Shown here in pieces: positions 48,476 to 58,097 of a stretch of DNA of 64,000 nucleotides; position 1 is the first letter of the stretch; every line of letters begins with the position of its first letter. A program made the translations under genes and the position numbers. Origin of the DNA: an uncultured Bacilli bacterium (lineage in GTDB: Bacteria; Bacillota_I; Bacilli_A; RFN20; CAG-826). The DNA lies in NCBI GenBank assembly GCA_963722445.1, contig CAVRMZ010000047.1, positions 1,162 through 65,161 on the forward strand, given 5' to 3'. The notes under the pieces are model-generated. The model was not told where the DNA came from. It was given only the letters and a program-made list of their open reading frames with translations, and did no database searches.

Positions 48476-49414
48476 ATGGGACAGAAGATTCATTACGCAA
48501 GGTATTTCTTAAAGAACGCCCCCGCTTCCGTTTGCGAAAGATTTTTCCATAAGGGAAGATCGACTAAAAAATTTTGTGGAAAGAAGCAACTAACGATTGT
48601 CAAAGGCGGTGCGCTTATTCGCCAATACATCGAAGCCGGGAAACCCTTTGCTTGCATCCGTTTTGGGGGAAGCGAAATTTCTTGTTTAAACGGACACGAA
48701 AAAATAAAACTGGGTTTTGCAAAAACTTATAAAGAATCTATCCGATGGGCCATGAAGGTTAGGGCAGGTTTTTATCCTACCGATGATGGTCATCTTAACG
48801 AATTTTCGGATCTATATGAAGCCAAAATAAAAGAGGCTGATATTTTCGGAGTTTTAGGACTTCACATGGAAGATTACTTTTTTAACAAGGATATCTCGCA
48901 GGCGAAGGCGATCAACGCTTTTGCCATTGAGCCGCTTCTTGGCAATTGGACTCCTGCCTTAAAAGGCAAGAAAGTTTTGGTCATAACGGCTTTTGCCGAT
49001 GAAGTGACTTTCCAATATGCTCGAAGAGACAAGTTATTTCCGCACGATCCAGAACTTCTTCCTGAATTTGAATTGCATGTTATTCAAGCACCGATGACAA
49101 TGGGCGATGACACGGATTATCGTTTTCCGTCTTTCATGCGTTCGCTTGAAGAAATCGAAGCGAAGATTTCCGCTACCGATTTTGACATCGCCTTAATCGG
49201 TTGCGGTGCTTATGGGACGTTCCTTACGATGTATTGCAAAAGCATTGGCAAAATGGCCATTCAGACGGGGGGAGCTACCCAAACCTTGTTTGGAATCATC
49301 GGGCATCGCTGGGAAAATCGCGAGCACGTGAAGAGTCGGATTAACGAATATTGGATACGGCCCTCACGGAAGCCAAAAGGATACGAAAAAATCGATAACG
49401 GGGCCTATTGGTGA
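48476..49414 (+). CDS. Putative GT-D-type glycosyltransferase (DUF1792-like)
   Basis: The ACIRFGGSEISCL segment resembles the R-F-G-D-G-E motif of DUF1792/GT-D enzymes (dGT1 of SRRP glycosylation). The gene sits in a glycosyltransferase cluster. The assignment is from memory of the family. Confidence 0.4.
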   Translation: MGQKIHYARYFLKNAPASVCERFFHKGRSTKKFCGKKQLTIVKGGALIRQYIEAGKPFACIRFGGSEISCLNGHEKIKLGFAKTYKESIRWAMKVRAGFYPTDDGHLNEFSDLYEAKIKEADIFGVLGLHMEDYFFNKDISQAKAINAFAIEPLLGNWTPALKGKKVLVITAFADEVTFQYARRDKLFPHDPELLPEFELHVIQAPMTMGDDTDYRFPSFMRSLEEIEAKISATDFDIALIGCGAYGTFLTMYCKSIGKMAIQTGGATQTLFGIIGHRWENREHVKSRINEYWIRPSRKPKGYEKIDNGAYW

Positions 49415-50850
49415 TGGAGCAAGCAAAACAAGATTATCATTTTGGGAAAATAATCTCTTCTCTTATTGTTCTTCTTTTGGGTTTAACCGCCTTTAATTTT
49501 GGCGGAAGCGAGGGAACCAATTATATCGAGATAAGCGTTTTCGTTATTCTCGTTTTATGCCTGATCTGTTTCGAAGCGAAATTCGGCAAAGAGGCTTTAA
49601 AAAATCTTGCTATATGGTTGATTCCTTTTGTTGTTTTCGCAATATTCTGTTCATTTTCCATTTTTTGGATTTCTTATTCCTCGAATTCAATCTATTTAAG
49701 CATCGTGAATTTATTGGGGATCTTTGGCTTTATGGCACTGGGACTTTTGCTTAGAAAACATCCAGAAGTGGATTTTAAGATCGTTCTTTTCTTTATCCTT
49801 GGCGGTTTAGCTTTGCTTGTTCTTATTTCTCTCGTTTATACCTTGTTGGAATATGGTCCTTTTTATGTGGCTTTGTATGCGAATAAAGAGTATTTCTATG
49901 ATGGATCAGCCTTTTTGATTTCTTCAGAAGCAGGTTGGCTTTCGGGTTTTTCCTTTGCTACGGTTACAATTAGCTATGCGGGTGTTTATGCTTTTGTTTT
50001 AGCCTCTTCTTTAGTAGGCCTGCTCTTTCTTGATCCTCATCGCCAAAAGCTCTCTTTCTTTTTTGTTCTGGGGGTTGGCTTGATTGGTTTATTATTTCTT
50101 GTTTTATTGCCTTATAAAACGGCTCTTTTTCTACTTATTCCGATTTATGCTTTTGCTGTTTTGCTTCGGTTTATAAAAATACCCGATAAAGCGCCTTTAT
50201 GGGAAAAAATTATTTCTCTTTTGGCTTTAGGTTTTATCGTCGTCGTCGTTTTGTTTATGATGGTTGTTGCCACCAAGGGAACCAATATTTATGTTGCTTC
50301 TTCCTTCTTGTCTAAGATTTTCAATAATGGGAGAATTACTGGGCCAATCAATCAGATCGTAAACGCCACATTGAAAAACAATGGTGTTTTTTCTTTTTGG
50401 AATTCTTTATTTGGAATGGATCCTTATCAGGCTTCAAAAGGCGTGATTTATTATTCTGCTTCTTACTGGAACGGGACCGCCATTTCATGGCCGCTTATTC
50501 ATTTAAAAACATTTGAATTCAGTGCCTTAATGGAAGGTGGTTTGATGGCTTTCATAAGCCTTTGCCTTTTTATGGTGCTCATTGTTATAAGTCTCCGCGG
50601 ATATCTGCATTTCGATGGCGACAAAAATGGTTTTGGGTATATGGTTGTCTTTATGGTTTTAAGTTATTTTGTTTATTCATCGTTCTTGTCTTCGCCTTTT
50701 CCATTCGTTCGAAATCCTTATTTCTATGTCAGCCCTTTCCATTCCAACTCTTTATTTCTTATCATCATATTTTTAATCGGTTATACCTATACCCCGATTT
50801 TTGGGGCTAAAAATATGTCAGTTTTCAAGGAGGATTTATGTCATGAATAA
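49408..50850 (+). CDS. Polytopic membrane protein (Wzy/O-antigen-polymerase-like, putative)
   Basis: 480 aa with about 12 hydrophobic helices and a large loop. It is translationally coupled to the GT-D gene. No diagnostic motif was found. Confidence 0.4.
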   Translation: MVMEQAKQDYHFGKIISSLIVLLLGLTAFNFGGSEGTNYIEISVFVILVLCLICFEAKFGKEALKNLAIWLIPFVVFAIFCSFSIFWISYSSNSIYLSIVNLLGIFGFMALGLLLRKHPEVDFKIVLFFILGGLALLVLISLVYTLLEYGPFYVALYANKEYFYDGSAFLISSEAGWLSGFSFATVTISYAGVYAFVLASSLVGLLFLDPHRQKLSFFFVLGVGLIGLLFLVLLPYKTALFLLIPIYAFAVLLRFIKIPDKAPLWEKIISLLALGFIVVVVLFMMVVATKGTNIYVASSFLSKIFNNGRITGPINQIVNATLKNNGVFSFWNSLFGMDPYQASKGVIYYSASYWNGTAISWPLIHLKTFEFSALMEGGLMAFISLCLFMVLIVISLRGYLHFDGDKNGFGYMVVFMVLSYFVYSSFLSSPFPFVRNPYFYVSPFHSNSLFLIIIFLIGYTYTPIFGAKNMSVFKEDLCHE

Positions 50851-51751
50851 AAAGAAAATGGTTCTCCCCTCCTTGTTAATGGCGGGTTTGCTGGCTTCTT
50901 GCGGCAGCAAAGTTTCGGAGCTTTATCCTTCGGGGGCTTATGTCGGCGATTTAGTAGACGATTTTTTTATCGGTTATCATCAAATTATGGGTTCGGCCAT
51001 TGTTTCTACAAAACTTTTTGATTTTAATTCAACCTCTTTTTTCGATGGTTTCCATGAGAATGACCTTTTCGATGCCTCAAATCAGTTTTTGCATGCAGGA
51101 CCCAAGTTCATGGATCCCGACATCTTTGAATATGGCATCGGAAGCAAAATCGTTACTCTTGATGCCTCACCGGAAAAAGATTGGAGTCAGGATTTAGAGG
51201 GGCAAAGCGATTCCTCTTATGTCGGAACCTCCTTTGGCCGCACCAAGTGCCTTGTGAAGCGGGATGCCGCTTTCAATAACGGCATTTTGAGCAAACTTTA
51301 TAATGGGCAGATTTATTGCTTGGGCCTTCATGATGAGGCCTTGGTTCAATTGAAAGAAGAAGGCCTAGACGCTTCACTTCCTAAGACTTTAAAATCAGGC
51401 AAATATTTCTTGATGTCCTTTCGTGGAGGGAGCATTTTTGGAGATGCCCGTATCACAAAAATCGATCTAACAATGACGTTCTATAAAGGAACGGACGCCT
51501 ATGTACTTTCTTTTTTCAGCCTTCCGGAATGGACCGATAACGGAGGTGACGGCGTTTCTTTCTTTGGCTTCAAGTTTTCCGACGTCGAAATCGATCCGCA
51601 AGGAATAACGGGATTTGGGATTTCCTATGCTAACCTTCAGGACGCCAATTTAACGAGCAGAGCACTAACCAAAGCCCAAAAAGAAAACCCCAATAGTTAC
51701 TGGGGGATGCTTATTTATGAAGTCATGTTTCCAGACTCGCTCTGGGAATGA
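50843..51751 (+). CDS. Lipoprotein of unknown function
   Basis: Signal peptide plus lipobox (LLASCGS), with an RBS CAAGGAGG. The start is set at the internal ATG; the track begins at 50801. Confidence 0.5.
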   Translation: MNKKKMVLPSLLMAGLLASCGSKVSELYPSGAYVGDLVDDFFIGYHQIMGSAIVSTKLFDFNSTSFFDGFHENDLFDASNQFLHAGPKFMDPDIFEYGIGSKIVTLDASPEKDWSQDLEGQSDSSYVGTSFGRTKCLVKRDAAFNNGILSKLYNGQIYCLGLHDEALVQLKEEGLDASLPKTLKSGKYFLMSFRGGSIFGDARITKIDLTMTFYKGTDAYVLSFFSLPEWTDNGGDGVSFFGFKFSDVEIDPQGITGFGISYANLQDANLTSRALTKAQKENPNSYWGMLIYEVMFPDSLWE

Positions 51752-51752
51752 C

Positions 51753-52658
51753 TTATTGGTATTTGGAGATATCCAACCACCGGCCTTGTTCGAAGTCGGC
51801 TTTGTCATCGTCAAAGATTAAAGTCCCTTTAGCTGGGGTGAAAGTCATCTCGCCAAAGTATATCTTTCCCTCAACGTCATAAAGATCGACTCGAACGAAA
51901 GGAAACGGAGCGGCTAACTTTTCTGCTATTTTTACCATTTCTTCAAAATTAGAAGGCTTTTGTAGAGGATAATCTGTCTTTAGCCAACCATTGAATTGTG
52001 AACCATTGAAGGAAGTCCAGTCGATATAATATTGATTATAGTGAATACTTGTCCCACGGCCCGTTACGACATACAAATTCTTTGCCTGGCCATTAAAGAC
52101 ATGAATTTTATATTCCGTGGGAAGAGCAGTTTCGGTTCCTAAATATTTTTCAATAATGATTTGCGGCTTTATTTTGCTGTAATGCTTCTCGATGGTTTGG
52201 GCGCCATAATCGGTTGACAGCCATTTGTCCATTTTGATTTTGGCTTCTTCTCTGTTTAATTTTGATTTATCGCGGATGATGATATTGAAGCCGGAAGCGT
52301 GGCTGCATTTCATGACAAAAGAATTGGGAAGTTTGGAGAAATCGATATCCTCAAAAGCGTCAAAAATCCCATAGATTGGGATGAGGATGTTTTCTAGCCC
52401 TGACTCTTTAACATATTCCCGAACACCGACTTTACCAGCACATTGAATGACTTTAGGGTCTTTTGGATCGACAAAAAGTCTAAGGTATTGAAGCTTTTCT
52501 GTATATCTTGTTGGTTTTTTGAGATTTAGGCGATGATGGGTGATATATCGGTATTCAAACTTGACATAAAGCACCGGGCTGATTGTTTTTATAATTCTTC
52601 TAAAAGGAGCCACTAGTGCCCTTTCAAACTTATTTTCATGTAAATGAGAAAATAACAT
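51753..52658 (-). CDS. ATP-grasp fold amidoligase, TupA-like (teichuronopeptide-type)
   Basis: 301 aa; KLPNSFVMKCSHASGFNIII…KPQIIIEKYL…FPFVRVDLYDVEGKIYFGEMTF matches the TupA-like ATP-grasp family found in polysaccharide loci. Confidence 0.55.
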   Translation of the reverse strand: MLFSHLHENKFERALVAPFRRIIKTISPVLYVKFEYRYITHHRLNLKKPTRYTEKLQYLRLFVDPKDPKVIQCAGKVGVREYVKESGLENILIPIYGIFDAFEDIDFSKLPNSFVMKCSHASGFNIIIRDKSKLNREEAKIKMDKWLSTDYGAQTIEKHYSKIKPQIIIEKYLGTETALPTEYKIHVFNGQAKNLYVVTGRGTSIHYNQYYIDWTSFNGSQFNGWLKTDYPLQKPSNFEEMVKIAEKLAAPFPFVRVDLYDVEGKIYFGEMTFTPAKGTLIFDDDKADFEQGRWLDISKYQ

Positions 52659-52715
52659 TATTTTATTTTATACCCGTTGCGGAAAACAACTTAGTTTTGT
52701 GGGATAATCCTTAAT

Positions 52716-53909
52716 ATGCGAATTTTAGTTGTTTGCCAATATTATTACCCTGAGAACGTATCAATTGCCCCGATATGCGAAGATCTCGTCAAGCGAGGCC
52801 ATGATGTTACCGTCGTTACCGGACTCCCTAATTATGGATATGGCAAAGTCCTTGATGGCTACGATAAAATAAAATATGAGGTTATCAATGGTGTCAAGGT
52901 TCATCGGGTTAATTTAACGCCTCGGAAAAAAAGTACTTTTTCCTTGGTTTTGAACTATTTAAGTTTTTGGCGCAATTCTCGGAAGTTCCTTAGACATTTC
53001 AAAGAAACGTTCGATGTCGTTTATTCAATGTCGATGTCTCCGCTTATTTCCGTTGAAGGAGGAGCTGTTTTTGCTAAGAAGCATCACATTCCATTCATTA
53101 TTCATTGTCTTGATCTTTGGCCGGAAAGTGCTGTTGCGGTCGGCCAGGTCGACGAAGGTTCTTTTGCCTTTCAGATTTTGCTTAGGTGGTCTCGAAAAAT
53201 TTATTCTAGCGCGGATAAAATTTTGATTTCTTCTCCTTCTTTCTCGAACTATTTCACCGACTACCTTAAAATAAGCAAGCCTCTCGTCTTGGTTCCGCAA
53301 CCTCCTTTGGTTTCACCTCTTCCAGATGTTGGGATCATTTACAAAAACAAGACCAATATCGTTTATGCTGGTAACATCGGGAAGCTTCAGTTCATCGAAA
53401 ATTTTGTTGAGGCCGTTAGATTTTTGCCTAAAGGCTCTGATTTTCATTTGCATATTATCGGATCTGGCTGTAATGCGGATCAGGTTGTTGAACTCATCAA
53501 AAAGGAATCGCTTGATAATTACGTCTCTTATGATGGCTCTCTTTCGTTTAAGGATACTCCGGCCTATTTCAAAAACGCGACGGCTTTGATCGTTTCTTTG
53601 GCTGATACGTCCTCCCCGGTTTCTAACACCATCCCAAACAAACTAATAAGCTCTTTATATTATGGGAAACCTATTTTGGCATCCATTGGGGGAGATGGAC
53701 AAGCACTTCTTCTTGAAGCCTGCGGTTCTTTTTTCGCTGACAGTGACCCCGAATCGATCGCAAAGACCTATCAACAAATTATGGCCTCCGAACCCTCCGA
53801 TCTCAAAAAGATGGGCGATAATAACCTAAGTTTTTTTAGTGATCATTTCACGTTTGGCAAGGTTATGGATTTATTGGAAGGTGAAATTAAGTCTTGCAAG
53901 AAAGCGTGA
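52716..53909 (+). CDS. Glycosyltransferase family 4 (WcaI-like)
   Basis: MRILVVCQYYYPE… N-terminus with a GT-B C-terminal domain. Confidence 0.7.
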   Translation: MRILVVCQYYYPENVSIAPICEDLVKRGHDVTVVTGLPNYGYGKVLDGYDKIKYEVINGVKVHRVNLTPRKKSTFSLVLNYLSFWRNSRKFLRHFKETFDVVYSMSMSPLISVEGGAVFAKKHHIPFIIHCLDLWPESAVAVGQVDEGSFAFQILLRWSRKIYSSADKILISSPSFSNYFTDYLKISKPLVLVPQPPLVSPLPDVGIIYKNKTNIVYAGNIGKLQFIENFVEAVRFLPKGSDFHLHIIGSGCNADQVVELIKKESLDNYVSYDGSLSFKDTPAYFKNATALIVSLADTSSPVSNTIPNKLISSLYYGKPILASIGGDGQALLLEACGSFFADSDPESIAKTYQQIMASEPSDLKKMGDNNLSFFSDHFTFGKVMDLLEGEIKSCKKA

Positions 53910-54994
53910 ATTCTTTCGCCCTGGGAATTGACCCCATACATCTTAAATAATCTCTCCTTCGAATTGTTCGGCAGAAGATTTACGAAATGTTTTTCTTGAT
54001 CTAAATGGGCGACGAAAAAGCGTTCAAGGGCTTCCTTTCCAGAATCGGGGATCCAGTTAACGTCGTTTGGGAACAGCTCTTGCAATTTGGTGTGACGAGT
54101 TGAAAGGACGGGAGAGCCACTGGAAAGGAACTCCAATACTTTGGAGGGCACCGACTCTCTATCCAGTGCCTCGTCATAAGGCCTTGGATTCACAAGCAAG
54201 GCTGCATTTTCCTCCAATAGATAATTTTGAGTTTTGGAAAGCTGCCCTAAAAAATGAATTCTTGAGTTAGCGTTCATTGGCAAATTTGTTTTTTCGTGAT
54301 GGCCCGCGATGATAAGGTCATAATCTGGTTTAACCTCTTTATAAGCGTCAATGAGATCTTGAACGCCATACCGAGGGCTTAAGGCACCTCCGAAATAGAT
54401 ATAGCTGTTTTTGGGAAAAGAGGTTTTTCCCGAAGCCATTTCTTCCACGAAACCTTCGGTGATTAAGTTTGGCTTTTCTTCGACGTTAAATGCTTTCAAA
54501 AGACCGGCGCTTAAAGCGATGATGGCAGTGGCTTTTCTGACCGATGAAAAAGCGGCTTTGATGAAATAGCGGGAGGTTTCTGAAATATTACTGGGATTAT
54601 CGGTTAGGATGGCAATCAAAGGAACGTTCCATTTTTTCGCTAAAGACGGCCCCGCCTTAGCCAAGCTGACATTCAAAGGGTCGTAAACGATGCAATCTGG
54701 TTTAATCAAGATACCTTCGGATGTTTTTATTACTTCGGATTTTCGCGAAAATATTTTTTCGAAATAATCATCAGGATAATCCACATAATGGAATTGGCCT
54801 GAGTTAATAGCCTTAACTCCGTTGGTGGGGAAGGAAATTAAAGAAACGACGAAAACCTTGTCATTGGTTTGGAGGGCCTTCAGAACTTTGCTATGGAAGT
54901 TTTGGTTTGAAGGGTTCGAAACCTTAAGGCCCATGCGAAGGAAAGCCTCATAATCTTCTTCTCTTAATGCCGTTGTCAGATAAAAAATGTTCAT
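53843..54994 (-). CDS. Glycosyltransferase (GT-B fold, GT4/GT1-like)
   Basis: 383 aa; the C-terminal domain has the E…E pattern (…EFLSSGSPVLST…). Confidence 0.55.
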   Translation of the reverse strand: MNIFYLTTALREEDYEAFLRMGLKVSNPSNQNFHSKVLKALQTNDKVFVVSLISFPTNGVKAINSGQFHYVDYPDDYFEKIFSRKSEVIKTSEGILIKPDCIVYDPLNVSLAKAGPSLAKKWNVPLIAILTDNPSNISETSRYFIKAAFSSVRKATAIIALSAGLLKAFNVEEKPNLITEGFVEEMASGKTSFPKNSYIYFGGALSPRYGVQDLIDAYKEVKPDYDLIIAGHHEKTNLPMNANSRIHFLGQLSKTQNYLLEENAALLVNPRPYDEALDRESVPSKVLEFLSSGSPVLSTRHTKLQELFPNDVNWIPDSGKEALERFFVAHLDQEKHFVNLLPNNSKERLFKMYGVNSQGERIHAFLQDLISPSNKSITLPNVK

Positions 54995-56088
54995 TGTTTT
55001 AAGAATTTGGAGAATATTTCCAAATGTTCCTTAACCATTTTTTCAATGGTGTTGTTTCTAGCGGTTTTAATGGCCTCTGAACGCATCTGATCACTTATCC
55101 CCCTGTTAATTGTTTTAATAACATTTTCGGTGTCGTCAAGGCCGAAGACGTATCCATTGATTCCGCTTTCGATTAGTTTTAAGGCCGAATTTGAGTTTTT
55201 GCTGGCTAATACAGGCGTTCCTTGGCTTAACGATTCATTAACGACGTGACCATAAATATCTTCCTTGGTTAAAAAAATCGAAGCATCGGCTAAGCGGAAA
55301 AACTTAAGGACTTCTTGATGAGGTACAAAAGATCGGATAATGACGTTGTTCAAATTCTTTTTTTTCACAAATTTCCTGTAAACGTTTTCTTCGCTTCCGC
55401 CACCTAGGAGTAAAAGCGTCTTTTTTGAATCTACCTTCGTCCAAAGCCGCAATAGTTGGTTCTCGTTTTTGCGGGGAGCAAAAGAGCCAACCGAAATAAA
55501 AATTTCTCCTTCAGGAAGGCCTAAGCCCCTCTTAAGAGAATTTCTTTCGCTCTCGGTGGCATAACTCTCAGGAATGTCTTTTTCAAAGATAGTCGAATAA
55601 GTGTAGTATTCGATTTTTGAAACGTCAGCGCCGTAATAAGTTAGGTATTGGGCCGAGTGAGGGTCAGGCGCCAAATAGAGAGAAGCGCCTGCAATATATT
55701 TATGTTTAAGGCTTGACAAACAATGGGGCTCCTTTATTTTGGCGATCCCCCCATTGATGGCGAATATGTAAGGAATTTTATGAGAATGTAGATATCGCAA
55801 GACCTTCATTTCGGAAAAGGTGCTCCAGCCGTTGATTACGATAATATCATAGTGATGGTTGCGTATTTCTTTCGTGAGATCCCATGATAAATTATTGGCT
55901 TTTCCGATTTTTAAACTGCGGATAAATTTGCATTTAAAGTTTTGGGTTTTAACGGAATAAAAGGCCAAAGGATGGTTTTTTTCAGACTTCCTCTCAAACA
56001 AGACCGTCAAATCGATCGATTTTCCAAGTTCATTGAAGAAATCGATTTTATAGGGTGCTGGATGTGAAAAAACCCAAAGGACTTTCAT
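54991..56088 (-). CDS. Glycosyltransferase family 4
   Basis: 365 aa; …GHVVNESLSQGTPVLAS… EX7E-type motif. Confidence 0.65.
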   Translation of the reverse strand: MKVLWVFSHPAPYKIDFFNELGKSIDLTVLFERKSEKNHPLAFYSVKTQNFKCKFIRSLKIGKANNLSWDLTKEIRNHHYDIIVINGWSTFSEMKVLRYLHSHKIPYIFAINGGIAKIKEPHCLSSLKHKYIAGASLYLAPDPHSAQYLTYYGADVSKIEYYTYSTIFEKDIPESYATESERNSLKRGLGLPEGEIFISVGSFAPRKNENQLLRLWTKVDSKKTLLLLGGGSEENVYRKFVKKKNLNNVIIRSFVPHQEVLKFFRLADASIFLTKEDIYGHVVNESLSQGTPVLASKNSNSALKLIESGINGYVFGLDDTENVIKTINRGISDQMRSEAIKTARNNTIEKMVKEHLEIFSKFLKQ

Positions 56089-56151
56089 TGTTTCGCTTCG
56101 TTTTTGCGGTCACCTTTTATCTTCGTTAAACGAAAATATTATAATCTTGTT

Positions 56152-56817
56152 ATGCTTTCGGATTGGAAAGACTTATTCGTTTCGATTAAAAACAAGGAAT
56201 ACTCTCGGTCATTAAAGGCTTTTCTTGATGCCGAGTATTCAGCAAGGACTATTTATCCGCCTAGAGATATGGTTTTTCAGGCCTTCAAACTTACTAAGCC
56301 TTCTGATTTGAAGGTTGTGATCATTGGGCAAGACCCTTATCACAATCCCGGGCAAGCTATGGGAATGTCGTTTTCGGTTCCACGCGGCATTGACCCTCCG
56401 CCATCTTTGATCAACGTTTATAAAGAAATTGAGAGCGATCTTCATCTTAAAATGAATTTCGATAATGGCGATTTGACTCCCTGGGCCCAGCAAGGCGTTT
56501 TGCTATTGAACGCTTACTTAACGGTTCGGGCGGGGGTTCCTCTTTCCCATCGGCGTCCCGAATATGATGCTTTTATTCATGATGTCATGGTCTATCTTGA
56601 TGGCCTTCAGCAACCCCTTGTTTTTATGCTTTGGGGGACTTTTGCGAAGAAATTCATCCCTGAAATTACGAACCCGAAGCATTTGATTTTGACGGCCTCT
56701 CATCCTTCGCCGATGGCAGCCAATTACGGCGGTTGGTTCGGAAACAAACACTTTAGTCAAAGTAACGTTTATCTTTCGCAAAACGGAATAGAACCTATTG
56801 ACTGGGAAATAAAATAA
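56152..56817 (+). CDS. ung: Uracil-DNA glycosylase
   Basis: VVIIGQDPYHNPGQAMGMSFSV contains the catalytic GQDPYH motif, and the C-terminal HPSP is present. The start is moved to the ATG that aligns with E. coli Ung; the track begins at 56104. Confidence 0.85.
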   Translation: MLSDWKDLFVSIKNKEYSRSLKAFLDAEYSARTIYPPRDMVFQAFKLTKPSDLKVVIIGQDPYHNPGQAMGMSFSVPRGIDPPPSLINVYKEIESDLHLKMNFDNGDLTPWAQQGVLLLNAYLTVRAGVPLSHRRPEYDAFIHDVMVYLDGLQQPLVFMLWGTFAKKFIPEITNPKHLILTASHPSPMAANYGGWFGNKHFSQSNVYLSQNGIEPIDWEIK

Positions 56818-56843
56818 TCTAGACTTAGCATATCCGGAGCTCA

Positions 56844-57998
56844 TTGATGAATGGGCTGAGAGGAACCTTCCTAGGTTCGACGGGACCTGATCCAGGCAAT
56901 GCTGGCGGAGGTAAATGGTATTTACTGTCCTCCGTATTCTCAGGTATGGAGGATATTTTTATGGAAAATGACGTGATGGGCAAAGTTGTTGTTTCGACAG
57001 CCGATAAAATTTCTTCGTTTGTTAGAAAGTGGGCTTGGCTTGCGGCAGCCATTGCCGGTTTTGTCGCTATCGCCTTCTTATTCGGGAATCTTTTTTCCTA
57101 TAAAACCAAATTAGATGATGGGACCAAAATAATCCATTACGTTCATCTTTGGGACTATTTTAATGGAGTTTATAGACTTGATTGGACAATTGTGGCAATT
57201 TTGGTCCTTCTCGTTTTAGGCATTTCGCTTCCTTTGTTTAAAAAATTTGGAGAAGGGTTTCCTGTGGGATCCGCTTTGTCGTATTTGCTGGCAGTTTGTT
57301 TCCTTATTTTGAGTCGTGAATTCTTTGTGGAAGCAAACGGCATTGATGTCACGATGCAATATGGCATCGCCCTTAGCGCCGCCTTTGCGGCTTTTGGTGC
57401 GGTTCTTTCAGTTGTTGCCAGTTATGAAAAAGTGCCAGTTACCATTGAAGATATGGCTGAAGAAGCCATTCTTGTAGCCTCCGCTTTTGGTTTGAATTTT
57501 TTAAAAATACCAGTAGGCGCGACTGGAGGCTCTATTAATTTGCAGATGCTGCCCTTAATGCTCATTGCCTTGCGGAGAGGACCCGCTAGAGGTTTCATTG
57601 CCGGCGGTATCGTCTATGGGCTTCTTACCTGTTTCACCGATGGCTATGGTTTTGCGACTTATCCTTTTGATTATTTAATTGGTTTTGGCAGTATCGCCGT
57701 GATGGGTTTCTTTGGAAAATTGGTCTTTGCCCCTGGCCAGAAAACCTATTCCTTAAAAGGTGAGATTTTTATTTTGGTGGCCGGCCTCTTAACCACTTTC
57801 GTTCGTTTCGCTGGTTCGACCGCCAGTTCCATGATTGTCTATTCCTATACTTTTGTGGATGCGGTTGTCTATAACGCCCTTTATATTCCGCTTTCTGGAG
57901 CAGTTGCGACGATTGCTCTTATGGCTTTATATGGACCACTTTGCCGGGTAAACGTAGCCTTTCCGGTCCGGTCCGGTAAAACCTTGTTGAACAAATAG
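56844..57998 (+). CDS. Membrane protein; C-terminal half resembles an ECF-transporter S component (ThiT-like)
   Basis: The C-terminal 6-TM module (…IPVGATGGSINLQMLPLMLIALRRGPARGFIAGGIVYGLL…) resembles S-component core motifs. The N-terminal ~200 aa add 3-4 TM helices. The start codon is uncertain. Confidence 0.35.
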   Translation: MMNGLRGTFLGSTGPDPGNAGGGKWYLLSSVFSGMEDIFMENDVMGKVVVSTADKISSFVRKWAWLAAAIAGFVAIAFLFGNLFSYKTKLDDGTKIIHYVHLWDYFNGVYRLDWTIVAILVLLVLGISLPLFKKFGEGFPVGSALSYLLAVCFLILSREFFVEANGIDVTMQYGIALSAAFAAFGAVLSVVASYEKVPVTIEDMAEEAILVASAFGLNFLKIPVGATGGSINLQMLPLMLIALRRGPARGFIAGGIVYGLLTCFTDGYGFATYPFDYLIGFGSIAVMGFFGKLVFAPGQKTYSLKGEIFILVAGLLTTFVRFAGSTASSMIVYSYTFVDAVVYNALYIPLSGAVATIALMALYGPLCRVNVAFPVRSGKTLLNK

Positions 57999-58097
57999 GG
58001 AAAGCCTAAACGAAAGGGCTTTTCCTTATAAAAGGGAAAGTCGGCGTTTTTAAGTGGCCGTCTTCGTGCTATAGTGCAAGGGCCATAAGGAGACTTT

